Positions 35,692 to 48,115 of a stretch of 64,000 bases of DNA are shown here, piece by piece. How positions within the stretch are numbered: the stretch's first letter is position 1; every line of letters begins with the position of its first letter. The DNA is taken from assembly GCA_021613535.1 (NCBI GenBank), contig CP075493.1, positions 17,298,001 to 17,362,000 on the forward strand, given 5' to 3'. The notes below the pieces were generated by a model that was given only the letters and a program-made list of their open reading frames with translations, made no database searches and was not told the origin of the DNA. The DNA is from Adineta vaga. Taxonomy: Eukaryota; Animalia; Rotifera. Position numbers and translations under genes: made by a program.

Positions 35692-37537
35692 TTATTTCAG
35701 AAATAATATCTTCAACGCGATTTTACTATCCATGCAAAGAAAAAGAATATTCCACCAACGAGAATATATGAAAAAATATTGGACAGAATAATAAATGAGA
35801 ATAGATATTTCAAAATCCCAAAACCATTCACTAATATGCAACAGAGAAATAGATGAAAGAACGTGATTTCCACTACATTTAGAAATCCATGTAAATAACG
35901 GAGAGATCAACAACATATAAAAATTAAATAGTAGATAATTCGAACCGCCATCAAATGTAAATTGCAAAGGATTACACAAGAAACAATATACATTATAAAT
36001 GTATAGTGAAGTCCAAGTTCCATTGATCATATAATTGAATGTGGTCAATAAACAAATGTTCAAAATTATGATTACATTTTTTAACAGTGGATCTATTGGA
36101 CTACCCAATATCATAAACAACAAAAGTTCAGCTAAGAATAGAAACAATGCAATGTCCCATCGACCAGCAGGATGTAATAAAGCATATATGATAAAGAAAA
36201 TCATAATTGGCTGAAGTGTGATGCATTGAAATAGTTGTGAAAAGATATTATGCTAAATAAAGTGACCTAGACGATAATATCTATCTCCTAATTTTGATAA
36301 ACAATATTTCTCCTGAGAAGATTTTCGTTTCTAAATAATAGAATAAAATATAAATGAGAATATATGATCATAACAATAAGATTCACCTGTTTATCAATCC
36401 AAAAATAACAATCTGTAATTTGTTTCTGATCATTTGTTGGTACTGATTGACATCGACAGGTAAATGTTTCATTTTTCAAATATCGTGTTTCAGCAATAAT
36501 TGATTTAGTCATACTGCTTTCGGTTTCGTTTGGTTGATTCAATATTGACTTTGTTATCACAAGTAGAAATGATGCGTTGGATAAATTCTTTAATCGATCG
36601 ATTAATTGAGCAATACGTGTTTTCCATTGAATCGAATTGACATGTAAAACTTCAACATTTGGGAAACGTTGAGCGAGTCCTACGAAAGTATAGAAATCTT
36701 CGTTAACTAGAGGCTCAGTAATTTCGAGTGTTCGAATTCGTTCCAGCGAAAGATTTTCAGTTGCATCAAGAAATTTCACAAGTTGACAAGTAATCGATAA
36801 TTGTTGGAGACGAGGCAATAAGTTTAACAAAGTTAAAATCGTTAAATGATCGATATTTTTTAATAAAATTAGGTGCTGTAGTATACAATGGTGGTCGAAA
36901 AACTTTATCAGTACAAGTATCGGAGAAGTATGGAACGGAATATAAACATTTCCATGTACAAGCAACAAACCATTGTTTTTCATGAATCCAGAATGGTGTC
37001 TGAAATGAGACGAGAACATCTTCAATCCAATCAATTTGTACAAAAAAATGTGAATTGAAAGACGATCAATTGATCCACTACAAAACAATTCAAGATATTG
37101 AAGTCGAGGTAAATTTAATAATAATTGTTTCATTTGATACATAGAAATAGGAGATTGCATCTTACACTATACTCACCGTTAAAATATAAAGCTAGACGTG
37201 TTAGTTGCTGTGCTGGTAAGAGCAATTGATGACTTGTATTGAGCATTAAGTTATTAATTTTGAGAGATTGAAGTAATGGTGCAGATGAACAGATACCTTG
37301 AATTTCATTGATTGAACTTTGTGTTGCGGTTAAATGACGAAGAAATCGTAAAGAAGATGTTTGTAATAGATTAGTATTATCAATTTGTAATTTACTGGCA
37401 TAAAACAAGTCTTGAACATTAGGCAATCGATTAACATTTGTTAATTCAATACACGGTTTATGTCGATGAGAATTATTGACCTTGAATAGATATGGATAGA
37501 TATGATTCCATGATTTAAGATAAATATCAATTAATTT
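35692..37537 (-). pseudogene. F-box/LRR-family gene remnant with a multi-pass hydrophobic terminal exon
   Basis: LRR motifs (LPRLQYLEL, LPRLQQLSI, FPNVEVLHV) with frameshifts. Intron 36386..36331 links DKQ to KRKSSQEK..., in frame with ORF 36204-35692 apart from a TAG at 36255-36253. The 5' end stops at the hairpin at 37538. Confidence 0.7.
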
Positions 37538-37601
37538 AGGATGTGTGTGAAATTCACTCTTATCTCTTCTCATCCACATCCACACCCACACCCACCCTCA
37601 A
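37538..37601. repeat. Telomere-like hairpin element copy (same spacer as 48055)
   Basis: AGGATGTGTGTGAAATTCACTCTTATCTCTTCTCATCCACATCCACACCCACACCCACCCTCAA. Confidence 0.85.
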
Positions 37602-38099
37602 GTTTAGTAATGAGCCAATCTTCGACGTCATCGATCTTTATTCTGAGGACTGCTTTCCTGTATTATATTTGTTGATATTCTTGTACAACTTGACACGCTC
37701 TCTCTAACTGTACCATTAGATTGAAGTCATCGGTTCAACTAGTCATGAAATTCTGCGACTATTTAAGGTTCAGTCTACATAGATATGGGGTACCACGATA
37801 GCTATCTTCTCAAACTCTATCCAATTGCTCTTTAATCAATATAATTTCAATTAGGGCGATGCTATCTAGAATAAACACATGTATCGGACTAGTTCTGAAC
37901 AAATCAAAATTACGAAAAAAGGATCTTCTGATCAAGATCACGTAGTGAGTGATAAGACATCAGTTAAACTCTCATAATAACGAAAATTTGCGGCATAACT
38001 TTGACTAACCATATCTCAAAGTGAGAGAAATAGATAGAACGTTATTTTTCATTGAACAAGTTTTCAGAAATCGCCTGATAATCAACTCTAGAAACACGA

Positions 38100-38335
38100 G
38101 AAATGTATTTTTCGTATAGGGGGTCTATAATTATAGTACAGGAAATTTTCACTGATTTGTATTTTTTTCTTCCACTATCAGCGAACGGAAATAGGATGTT
38201 AGGTTGGTAGATAGTGCATGTGTACCCACGCACTCCTATGCCATTGGTTGACCACCATCTCTTATTGTTGAAATAAATTAACGATTTTCGTATGCATGTG
38301 TATATGGGGGGTCTATAATTTTGGCACACCCTGTA
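38100..38335. mobile_element. Right end of a Tc1/mariner-like element
   Basis: Ends ...GGCACACCCTG|TA (reverse complement TA|CAGGGTGTGCCAAAATTATAGACCCCC). GGGGGTCTATAATT is repeated near 38118 and 38307. No matching left TIR found. Confidence 0.5.
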
Positions 38336-38408
38336 GAGAAATGAAATATTTATTTCATTCAAACGATTATTGTTCATTTCTTGATACAAAATCTTTATGA
38401 TGAAAATA

Positions 38409-39480
38409 TTATACATTTCTGAAGTCATTAATATGAACATAAGTGTTTATTGATGCATTATACAATTCAGCAGTATATGAACCAATACCATCATCACTAC
38501 CACCAACAACTAGTGCATTTCCATTTTCTAATACAGATGCTGTATGCCATGTTCGTGTATAATGCATACTATTCGTGTTTGTCCATATTTCTGTTAAAGG
38601 ATCATAATTTCAGAAGTATTTATTGGCATAAGACCAGGAAAAACATCACCACCAAGACCACCAGCTGCAACTAATACTTTTCCATTAATTAATAAAGATG
38701 CTGTATGTTATGATCGTCTATCATTCATAGTACCACTAAGTGTCCATGTTTCTGTTGAGGGATCAAATAATTCAGTACTACTTACGGGATAACCATCATC
38801 ATCTTCTCCACCAATAACCAATACTTTTCCATTTTTTAATAAAGTTGCTAAATGACCATATCGTCGATAAGACACACTATTAGTACTTTTCCATTTTCTT
38901 GTTAATGGATCATATATTTCTGTACTATTCAATAGATCATTTTCATTACCAAAATCACCAGTAACTAAAACTTTTCCATTATCTAATGAAGTAGATGTGT
39001 GGAACGCTCGTTTCCAATTCATACTATCAACTATCGACCAATTTCCTGTTGATGGATCATATAATTCAGCACTATCTAGAAGAGCACTACCCGCTCCACC
39101 GCCGGCAACTAATACTTTTCCATCCAATAATACCGATGCAGTATGTATACATCGTCCTTGATTTAGACTAGCAGTACGTGTCCAATCTCCCGTTGTTGGA
39201 TCGAATAGTTCGGCTCCGTTGACAATATACTTCACATTCTTACCATGTTCTGGATCATCAACGACTCCTCCAGCAATTAATACCTTTCCATTTTTTAATA
39301 GAGATGATGTATGTAACCCTCGACAATCATTCATATTTGTAGCAGCTGTCCATTTTTCTTTTAATGGATAATAAAATTCTGCAGTTCCACCAGTGAATAG
39401 GATTTTTCCAATTGTTAATGAACTTGCTGCGTGGGCAAATCATGCCTGAATTGTATGGCCAGCATCAGACCATCCTCAAT
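38409..39480 (-). pseudogene. Kelch-repeat beta-propeller protein, bacterial-style repeats, inactivated
   Basis: Repeats HTASVLLDGKVLVAGG...SAELYDPSTGNW. They continue past the stop at 38708 (RS*HTASLLINGKVLV) with a frameshift near 38607, and upstream through another stop (QA*FAHAAS). Confidence 0.85.
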
Positions 39481-40495
39481 GAAAATAATTCTAAACTTTC
39501 GAAAGAAATCAATCTGTCACAAATACTTGATGGTGTCATTGTCTTCACTTTAAAATTCGTTGGAGCACCAATCACCAAATTTAAACTCAAAAACAAAGTC
39601 ACTGTAAGAACTTTTAAAGTATAAAATAATAGACTAAAGATTCATCTTTTCAATTACTTACAATACATTTGCTAATTTTAAATCTTTTATTTATACCTTA
39701 CTAAGAAAATAAAGAAGATTTAATAGGCAACTCCACTTAATATATGTTTCGTTGTTAAAGAAGAACGATAAAAGAGAAATTCTATGATTACTTTCTTATT
39801 AAAAAAATACCTGCGTGTTGCTCTACTTTACCTACTTTTTTTTTTACTTTTAAAAATGAAACTCAATGAAATAAATAGGACAATTCTTTTAAATCTAGAT
39901 CAAAAATAAATATTTCAGAAAAAATTCTAATTGTTTAATAGTTTTAAAATAATTGAAAATAGAGTTATACCAATTCCATTCTGAAGTTCAACTAACCTAT
40001 GAATATATATATGGATTTATTCGAATTTTTACAAGAAAACGACCAGATTTTTCGAATTATTTCGATTATCGAATTTGTTTTTGTTTTCTTCAACTCGTTA
40101 ACTATTTTCCGTTCGAACTTTATTAAAGATACAAAAATCTTTTACTATGCTTTTGTGTATTCTCGCAATTTTGTATAATCTTTATAAATGTATACAAAGA
40201 GATAATTGTAACGGTATTGATATTTATTTATTTGTTAGTTTTAAATCATAAATAGGGATGGTATTCTATTTTACTGTACTTAGGAGAATAAATAAATTAT
40301 TTACTTTTTATTTTACTAAACTAAATAATTTATTTCTTCTACTTACTTACTTTTTAGAAAACGTAAAATAAATATAACATCCCTATATTTCTAAAAAACT
40401 AAATAATGAAAATCAATTGTTAATCGCAGATTATTGATGCTTTTTATAAGAAAAATCATATGGATAATCTTGGCAAATAGTATCGTCCATGATGC

Positions 40496-40964
40496 CTATG
40501 CGGCTAGAAAAGAAACAGCACATGATGCCATACAGACACCTTGTAACGAATTACAACCTATTGCAGCTAAAGGTAATGCGGCACCTAAAATGAATTTAAA
40601 ATACATTCATCACTATTTTATACTGAGTTTTGTGTTGATAACACTTTTTATTACAGAAAGATGATTATTTTTTCTTTATTTCTTTTATAAAATGTTTAAA
40701 CAGTTCTTTCAATTATTCCTAATTTTTTTCATTGAAATACAAAGAAGTTTTATTTGTTCTATTTTACTAACCTCCAGTTGAAGCTCCTGCAACAAGACCG
40801 ACTGAAGCATAGCATGATACCCAAGCGGCGTTGCAAGCCGTTTGACAAAGGCCATAGCCACCAAGAGCTGCAGCAGCAAGACCAAGAAGGCCACCGTCAG
40901 AAAAATTGACACAAAAGATCAAATTTAATAAGACAATTGAAATCAAAATATTTCTACAATTCAT
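40496..40964 (-). CDS. Small secreted Ala/Gly/Cys-rich protein of the fungal/oomycete 'YGICQxxC...CY...CN...CM..C' type; intron 40771..40585
   Basis: Spliced product MNCRNILISIVLLNLIFCVNFSDG-GLLGLAAAALGGYGLCQTACNAAWVSCYASVGLVAGASTGGAALPLAAIGCNSLQGVCMASCAVSFLAA*. Confidence 0.8.
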
Positions 40965-42009
40965 AATCGTTCTAAAATAGAACATAGTTTATTCATCTAC
41001 AATTTTTACGAGTGAACTAATCTTCACGGGGTGAGAGTAAGAATGGAAGTGTATATTCATTTTAATTCACATTTCTTGCGCATACTAGTCAAATGAAAAA
41101 TATACGAATATAAACCAAAAATTCTTTGTCAAACAGAGAAGTCATTTGATCCTAATTTATATTTCTATAGAAATGAAAAAAAGAAGCTTTTTATCTACAT
41201 CCTATTGAAGAAAGAATTAAAAAAAAACACTTATAGAAAGAAAAAAACATTCCAAAGCTTTTCTTTTTCTTGACTATTTCTCATTATAGAAAAAGGGATT
41301 TTTGCCGATTTTTTCTTGAATAACATACAAGCGTAGTATTTCTTCCGTTTTGCCTTTCTTTCGTTCTTTCTATCATTTCTATTGTGCTCATTATAACAGT
41401 TTTTCTCTGATCCTAACATATTAAACATTCTCGTAGCAGATGAGTTGATTAAATTTCCAACTCTAAATCAACTTGCATTCATCCAATCTGGACGCTTGAA
41501 TGTACTACGTCAACTAAACAAATGAATACACATACTCACATAAATAGAAATGGATATTGAAATCTATAGAGCTGTTTTTTGAAAGCAAGATAGCCAGGTA
41601 CTTCTTGTCTGTATTTTTAATTCAGTCACTGGGTTTTTTCCCACTTATATTTGTACAAGTGACTCAAGAAATTGTATTATTTTATTTACAAAGAAATAAA
41701 AAAAAAGCGATAATGCATTTCTTTTATGTGTTCTTTTCATAATATTTTACCACACAATTTTTTGTTTTTTCTTTACATTCTTTGTTCGATATGAGAAAAA
41801 GTAAATACTGATAAAATAACGTCGATGAATCTCTGCCATTGAATTACCTTTAGGAAATCGATATATTTTAAGCATTTAAATACTCGGCAGAACCTTTTCT
41901 TTCGAGAAAAGAATTAAAATCCCTACATAATCATTGTTAGTAAGATGTAAACTAGACTAAAATTCTTTGTCTTACGACATTCAATCGAAGTGTTTACTGT
42001 GAAACAACA

Positions 42010-42193
42010 GTGGGTGAGAGTGTGAGTCAGAGATGTCTACTGCGGCTGAGAAAGTGCCGCTGCCGCACCGCGATGATAGTAAAAAAATTAAACTCCCGCT
42101 GCCGCGACGTTAAAGAAAATAACTGCCGCTGTGGACATCTTTGGTGTGGTGTGGGTGTGGTTTAAGAAGATATAATCACACCCACACCCTCAA
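42010..42193. repeat. Telomere-like hairpin element interrupted by a MITE
   Basis: GTGGGTGAGAGTGTGAGT-[MITE]-GTGTGGTGTGGGTGTGG...CACACCCACACCCTCAA. Confidence 0.75.
42028..42143. mobile_element. 116-bp MITE (hAT-like termini)
   Basis: TIR CAGAGATGTCTACTGCGGC / GCCGCTGTGGACATCTTTG, internal GCCGC motifs, imperfect TSD (GTGTGAGT / GTGTGGT). Confidence 0.75.
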
Positions 42194-44513
42194 CTGGAAT
42201 TATTGGTGGATTACCTGTTGCATTTAGAATATTAATTCTTATTTTTGTAAAACAAATGAACAAATTCAAAATGAATTAAATAATACACAAAGATTTCAAA
42301 TTTTTCTCATTCAATTTCGAAATAATCTTGAACAAATAAAATTTTATCATTGAAAAAAAAACCAATAATGAAATATTTTTAATTAAATAACAATATATTG
42401 CAACACGAATTTATATTATTTTATTTTTTCTTAATTTTAATAAAAATATCTTCAACATTAATATGTTCATATTCAAATATTGCAATATCATACTCATCAT
42501 TTATTTCATTAGATTTTATTACATTTCTTATATGATTTAATGAAAGTAATCCTAATTATGTTTATATAAAATATCCTTATCAAAATATTTTAGATCTTTA
42601 CTCAAAAATTTATAATCAAACAATACGAATATTAGTTAAAATAAATATTTAAATCAAATTTATAAGTATAGTTTGTGATTGTTTATCTATATTGATGATC
42701 TTCGTCAATCAATACTTGAATATATTTAAATGAATTAGATTAGTTTTTCAATGTAACAAATAATTTTTCAAATATTCTTAATTCATGTGAATAAAGTTAT
42801 ATAGATAATAACATTTCTTGGTTTATATGATGGATTTAAATGATTTACTTAGCATAGTTCAAATATTTATTAGAAAATACGTCGATATTTTGGTATTCGT
42901 CGTTAAAAAACTGAAGTTGTAACAATAAATTCAAATTTATTTAAAACACTTTTCAATGTTGTATTGTAAATCAATAGAAAATATGTCTTAATAATCTATT
43001 AATATTCTTCTAATTTCTTTAGATCATCTTCTAATTATTATATATTGAAATGATATACATTTCTAGTTTGTATCTATTTCGATTATTTAAATAATTGTTT
43101 TAAAAGATTTAAGTTGTATTCTTTTCATATAATTGAATCTTGTCTTCAAATATCGTATGTTTAATAAACAAAACAAGATAATCTGAGAAAATAAATAAGA
43201 ATATATTAAAATTCATTCTATCCTCACGCTCAAGATTAAACAAAATAATTATTCAATTCTTTATAAAAGAACATTTTCGTTCAAAGATGTTGTTTTCTAA
43301 TTAAATATTAGTAAAAATGAGATCAATCTAAAAAATTTTAAATAATTCTTCCTACTAGATAATTAATTTCGCCATTTCTCTCTCTGTCTCTCTTAGTTCT
43401 TTGCAAACTTAACAAAATGGCATTACCTTGATCATTAATAATTATCTCGTATATATGATCGAAATAAATTACGTTTGATATCTTTTTCTCAATATACATG
43501 TTCCTATGTATGTATAGAAATGAAATATGATTCCCATCTTTTTCGTGTATAAGGATAGGACACAAACAAATGACGTGACTTATATCATGGCTCACTTCTG
43601 TTCTTACATAATATAGATGCTGTACATCATCTATTTAGAAAGGTTCTTACAAGAATTTTGAATCATATTGTAGTGTAAAAGTTCTTAAATTTGGTGCGAA
43701 ATTTAACAAGTCCAAGAAGAATGTTACATGAAAATCAATGATTTATTAACTTTCGTTCGATTTGGCCATGATCTGAAACAAACAACCACTGATATGTAAG
43801 CAACAATCACAAAAGATTCGTTCATTGACGTGTCATTCCTATAGAAATTCAGTACAATACTTTCGTACAAATGAATGAGAGAAAATCTTACCAAATTTTT
43901 CTGAAAAATGTCAATATTTATTATTACAGGTGTTACCTCAAGAAAAAAAATCATTTAATTAACTTTATTTTACGTAAAATGTTTCAATTAATTAGTCTAC
44001 ATATTTATATTCAACAGTATAATTCTGTACGACCTACGATAAAATGGTTACAGAACAACAAAATACTCGATTTAATCGTTGAAATTGTATTGTTATAAAT
44101 GGTAAACATGATCATTATTTTTGGTTAGGATAATATCGATTATAAATCAGTCTTTCTATATAATGAAGTATTCTAGTACATAAGCAGATCGTTGTGTCGA
44201 GGTGAGAGTATGGAGAGACAATTGAATCGAATATTTTCAGTTCCACATTACTGATTTATCGATACGATTTCAATCTGTTTCTTAATAGGTTTAGTTATCG
44301 CTGATTCATATGGTAAAGCAAGAAATACATAGACTCTTTATACGAATGCATCAAGTCTTGATGTACTCAATTACACATTTTTTGAACATAATTGTTATAA
44401 TTGTTTTTTCCTTTGGGTCAGGGAGGCATTCTCGTCCTCATCTTGAGATGGTTTACTTTTATTTAAGTATAATCACCTTTTCGTATAGCGTCAATTAATC
44501 TGCATTCTAACTT

Positions 44514-45548
44514 TTAACAATAAATATCTCCTTCTTCAAAACTGAATTTCTGAATACGATGATTGTCTTTATCAGATACATACAAATTGTTGTGGGAATC
44601 GAATGCAATGCTCCAAGGTTTATTTAAATGTTCATTGTCATTTCCTCTAGCACCATCTTCATTTCCAGCAATTGTTTCTCTTGTACCAGCATGAACATTC
44701 AGACGTTGCACACGATTAGTATCTCTTTCAACGATATAAAGATTTCCATATGCATCAAGTGCAATATCATTGGGACTAATGAAACCGGACGCAATCTGCT
44801 CACCAGTTGAATTTCCGCTCCTGAATTTCAAAATATTTCCATTCGCTGAATCTACGACATAGACGTTATTACATTCATCCAAGACAAGGTTGCCAGGGAT
44901 ACTATTGACAAAACCGAGAAGCGTTGCATACGTAGGCGCATTATCAATACCACCAACAACAGGATACCTCATAATTCTGCCATTTCCTCTGATTGATTCC
45001 GATGAATAAATTTCATTAAGATGTTTTCTGTTACCAGTAAGACCTTGAAACCAATGGTTCGAATAGGCTCGTCCAGAGGCAATTGTTGCTCCTTCTAAAC
45101 CACCGGGGAACCATTTCTGTACTCGAAGATTACCTCGATCAGTAATGAACAGACTTCCTACAGAGTCAACATAGACATGCGTTGGTTCTTTCAATTGGTT
45201 CAAAGCAGAACCTCGACCATTTCCTCCCGCAATGGTGAAACCGATATTTTTTGATTTTATAGAGAGCTTTTGAATTCGATCATTACCCTCATCAGCTACG
45301 AATAGATTGTCGTAATGGTCAATGAAAATACCACTAGGACTGCTGAGTTGCATGTTAGATGATTCTTGCTGTCTTGTCGTACCAGCAACTGTAGTGGCTT
45401 GTCGGGTCCATTTTGGTTTAGTACAATGAATAGATGACAATGGGGTTGGTTTAAATGGTTGACATCCTACGTCATCTGATGAAGACGAGTGTATCTGAAC
45501 AGTAAGAAAGAGTATAACAACGGTTAGTAGTCGAAGAGACTGAGCCAT
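44514..45548 (-). CDS. Secreted NHL-repeat protein, intronless
   Basis: Signal peptide. NHL repeats LSSPSGIFID..DNLFVADEGNDRIQK and LNKPWSIAFDSHNNLYVSDKDNHRIQKF. Confidence 0.92.
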   Translation of the reverse strand: MAQSLRLLTVVILFLTVQIHSSSSDDVGCQPFKPTPLSSIHCTKPKWTRQATTVAGTTRQQESSNMQLSSPSGIFIDHYDNLFVADEGNDRIQKLSIKSKNIGFTIAGGNGRGSALNQLKEPTHVYVDSVGSLFITDRGNLRVQKWFPGGLEGATIASGRAYSNHWFQGLTGNRKHLNEIYSSESIRGNGRIMRYPVVGGIDNAPTYATLLGFVNSIPGNLVLDECNNVYVVDSANGNILKFRSGNSTGEQIASGFISPNDIALDAYGNLYIVERDTNRVQRLNVHAGTRETIAGNEDGARGNDNEHLNKPWSIAFDSHNNLYVSDKDNHRIQKFSFEEGDIYC

Positions 45549-46329
45549 TTTTGGATTGTTTCACTCACTTCGAGAGAGAGAGAGACAAAAAAAGAAATGA
45601 AAAGAAAAATACTTTTATCGTACTTTGTCAATAAAGGAGCGAATCTACAAAAAAAGTCACATCAAGAAGATAAAAGTACAAGATTTTGTTCTTTATGCAA
45701 AATGTTGATGTGAAAATGAAAACATGGTGTTCCTCTTCAACTTGAATCACCAATATGATGAAGAATGTGAATAAGAACAAAACGTAGAAATATATAGAAA
45801 AGGCTTCGGAGACGTAGCATAGTTCATCAACCCACATTTTATATCATCGAGCGGTGTTTTTATTTCAAGATACTGGAATCTTGATAGAATTCTAATTGCT
45901 TCGATTTATTTCCTAACATTTCGCCCATCAGTTAATTTATTAAATGCCATTTATATAGTTAGAGAAGTAAAACAAATCTTCACCTGGCACAAAATTTTGA
46001 CAATGATCTCCTTGAAAACCTGGCACACATTTGTAGATTGGTTCACTATTAATCATTACACAAGAACCAACCATAAAAACAATAATGCGAATGACAATTA
46101 TTTCCTCTGTAGTTTTTTGGACATCTATATTTATAAATTCATTAAAAAGTTAATACTTACATTCATCTATTGTGATAAACATGGATCAGCTAAATGAATA
46201 AGAAAAAAAAAGATGAGATAACTTTTCTCTTACGTAATCGTTCTTCACAATGTTTTTCAGTATACAATGAATTACATGAACATACACGACCAATCATCGA
46301 TTTACTTTGTCTAATGAAACTTTTAGTTT

Positions 46330-47122
46330 TAATGAACTACCACATGTTTTTCCTGTAAAATTCTCTTTGAACATATACATTGAAAATCTTTATTATCAAC
46401 TAATGATCGACAAAACTCATTATTGCTGCAAGGGTTTGAATTACAAATATCTGAAAAGTATTTTACTTTTTTTATCAGTTATTGATCCAAGAATTCGATT
46501 TTGACATAAAGATCCATTGAAATTCGATGGACAATGATAATGAAAAGGATTGTTTTCCAGAGCAATACATATACCCGTATTATATAATTCTGCGGCTTTC
46601 ATATACATGGATGCGCAACTAAAATACATTCAAAATTTATCACAAAGTGTTCACAGGCAGCGAAACTTTTTGGAATTATATAACGTTTTGTTGAAGAAAA
46701 GAGAATTAAATAAAAACTTACATTCACAATTATAAATTGTATGGTGTTCATACTCACAGTAACCTCCATTTTGACATGAATTTACTTTACAATTGGCTTG
46801 AGGAATATCAGGATTTTCTAAATATTAAATAAATAATTATTTTATTTTAATTTCAGATATTCAATTCAATAATGAATATGGTATAAGCAATTAATCACAG
46901 TTTTTACCATCGACAGGTAAATCTTCTGGACATTTGCAATTGTAATCAAATAGATCAACAACAGTACAACTTGCATTGTTAGCACATGGATTTGGAACAC
47001 ATCCTATCAAAAACACTTCGACATAATTCTGATAAGATCAAAAATAATCTATACATACCGTTTTCTGCTTCCAATGAGCCATCAAAACATACGAACAACG
47101 CACAGATAAATAAGAAAATCAT
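46330..47122 (-). pseudogene. Multi-exon secreted EGF-repeat gene, apparently decayed
   Basis: Signal exon MIFLFICALFVCFDGSLEAEN, then GCVPNPCANNASCTVVDLFDYNCKCPED, NCKVNSCQNGGY, CPSNFNGSLCQ and NPCSNNEFCRSL...FQCIC, separated by short introns. Later repeats lose Cys and frame. Confidence 0.65.
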
Positions 47123-48054
47123 GAGAAGATATTTCTCTTATGTATTCAACAAATAAAATATCTGGTATGTATGTTTATGAAATCTATATATAGTGCATTG
47201 TATTAAATCCTTTTAAGCTCGTCGTAATTGCTTAGACAATCAATGAAGATACGCGAATATAATATGACACCGTAAATAGTTGGTCTTAGACAAGGATAAA
47301 TAGAAATTGAATGATACTGTTAAAGAAGATGTAACAAGTTCTTCTCTTTGAAAATTTTTTATAGAAAGATTCATTTATTAAACTTATTGATTCGATTTTT
47401 GGCTACTCAAATAGAAATAACTTTGATCCCATTTAAAATGCATTCAAGATTTCTTTGGTTATAGAAACCTTACAAAGTTATGCGTGACGCTCTCGTGCTT
47501 ACATGCATAATACGCATGATATTTGTTCTTTTCTTCTTCTTCTTCTTATCCAATGGATTATTCTATTTAGGTACTTAGTTCGGTACATTTTGATATATTT
47601 TTCTGTTTGTTCTTTTTAATAGACGAATATATAAGCGAGTATTTTGTATCAGAATAACGCAATTGTTGAGAGAAAGTAAAGAATATATCTCTTCCGCCAA
47701 AATCGTCACACTTAGGTTAACTGTTTCTATCACGAACATCCTATATAAATACATGAATAATGCTTGTCAAGGATGAGTAGCTTGTCAGAAACTGTTCTCT
47801 TCATCTCACACTCTTACACAAACGAATTTGAGGACTTATATGCTTTTTATATATCGGATCTTCTAAAATAGAAATGACTGTCTCAATAAAAACGTCGTTT
47901 GTTCAGAGAGACTACTGTGATCTTTCCATTGATGAACAATTCTGTTTTTTATCAATGCAAACATGAATGTTGTGAAATAAGATAAGATTGTTTATAAATC
48001 TTCAACTTAAACGTATTCCATTGTTTGCATTCATACAACAAGAAGTGCTAAGGC

Positions 48055-48115
48055 GAGGGTGTGGGTGAGATTCACTCTTATCTCTTCTCATCCACATCCA
48101 CACCCACACCCTCAA
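48055..48115. repeat. Telomere-like hairpin element, best-preserved copy
   Basis: GAGGGTGTGGGTGAGAT-tcactcttatctcttctcatccacatcca-CACCCACACCCTC(AA); 13-bp perfect terminal inverted match. Confidence 0.9.

Noticed and set aside
37538-37591. 'MWVWMWM' N-terminus of ORF 37130-37591 (and similar starts at 50414 and 55313)
   Set aside because: This is translation of the hexamer hairpin repeat, not a real protein start.
42200-43200. Very AT-rich stretch that may be an old pseudogene
   Set aside because: Too degenerate to reconstruct a frame or family by eye.
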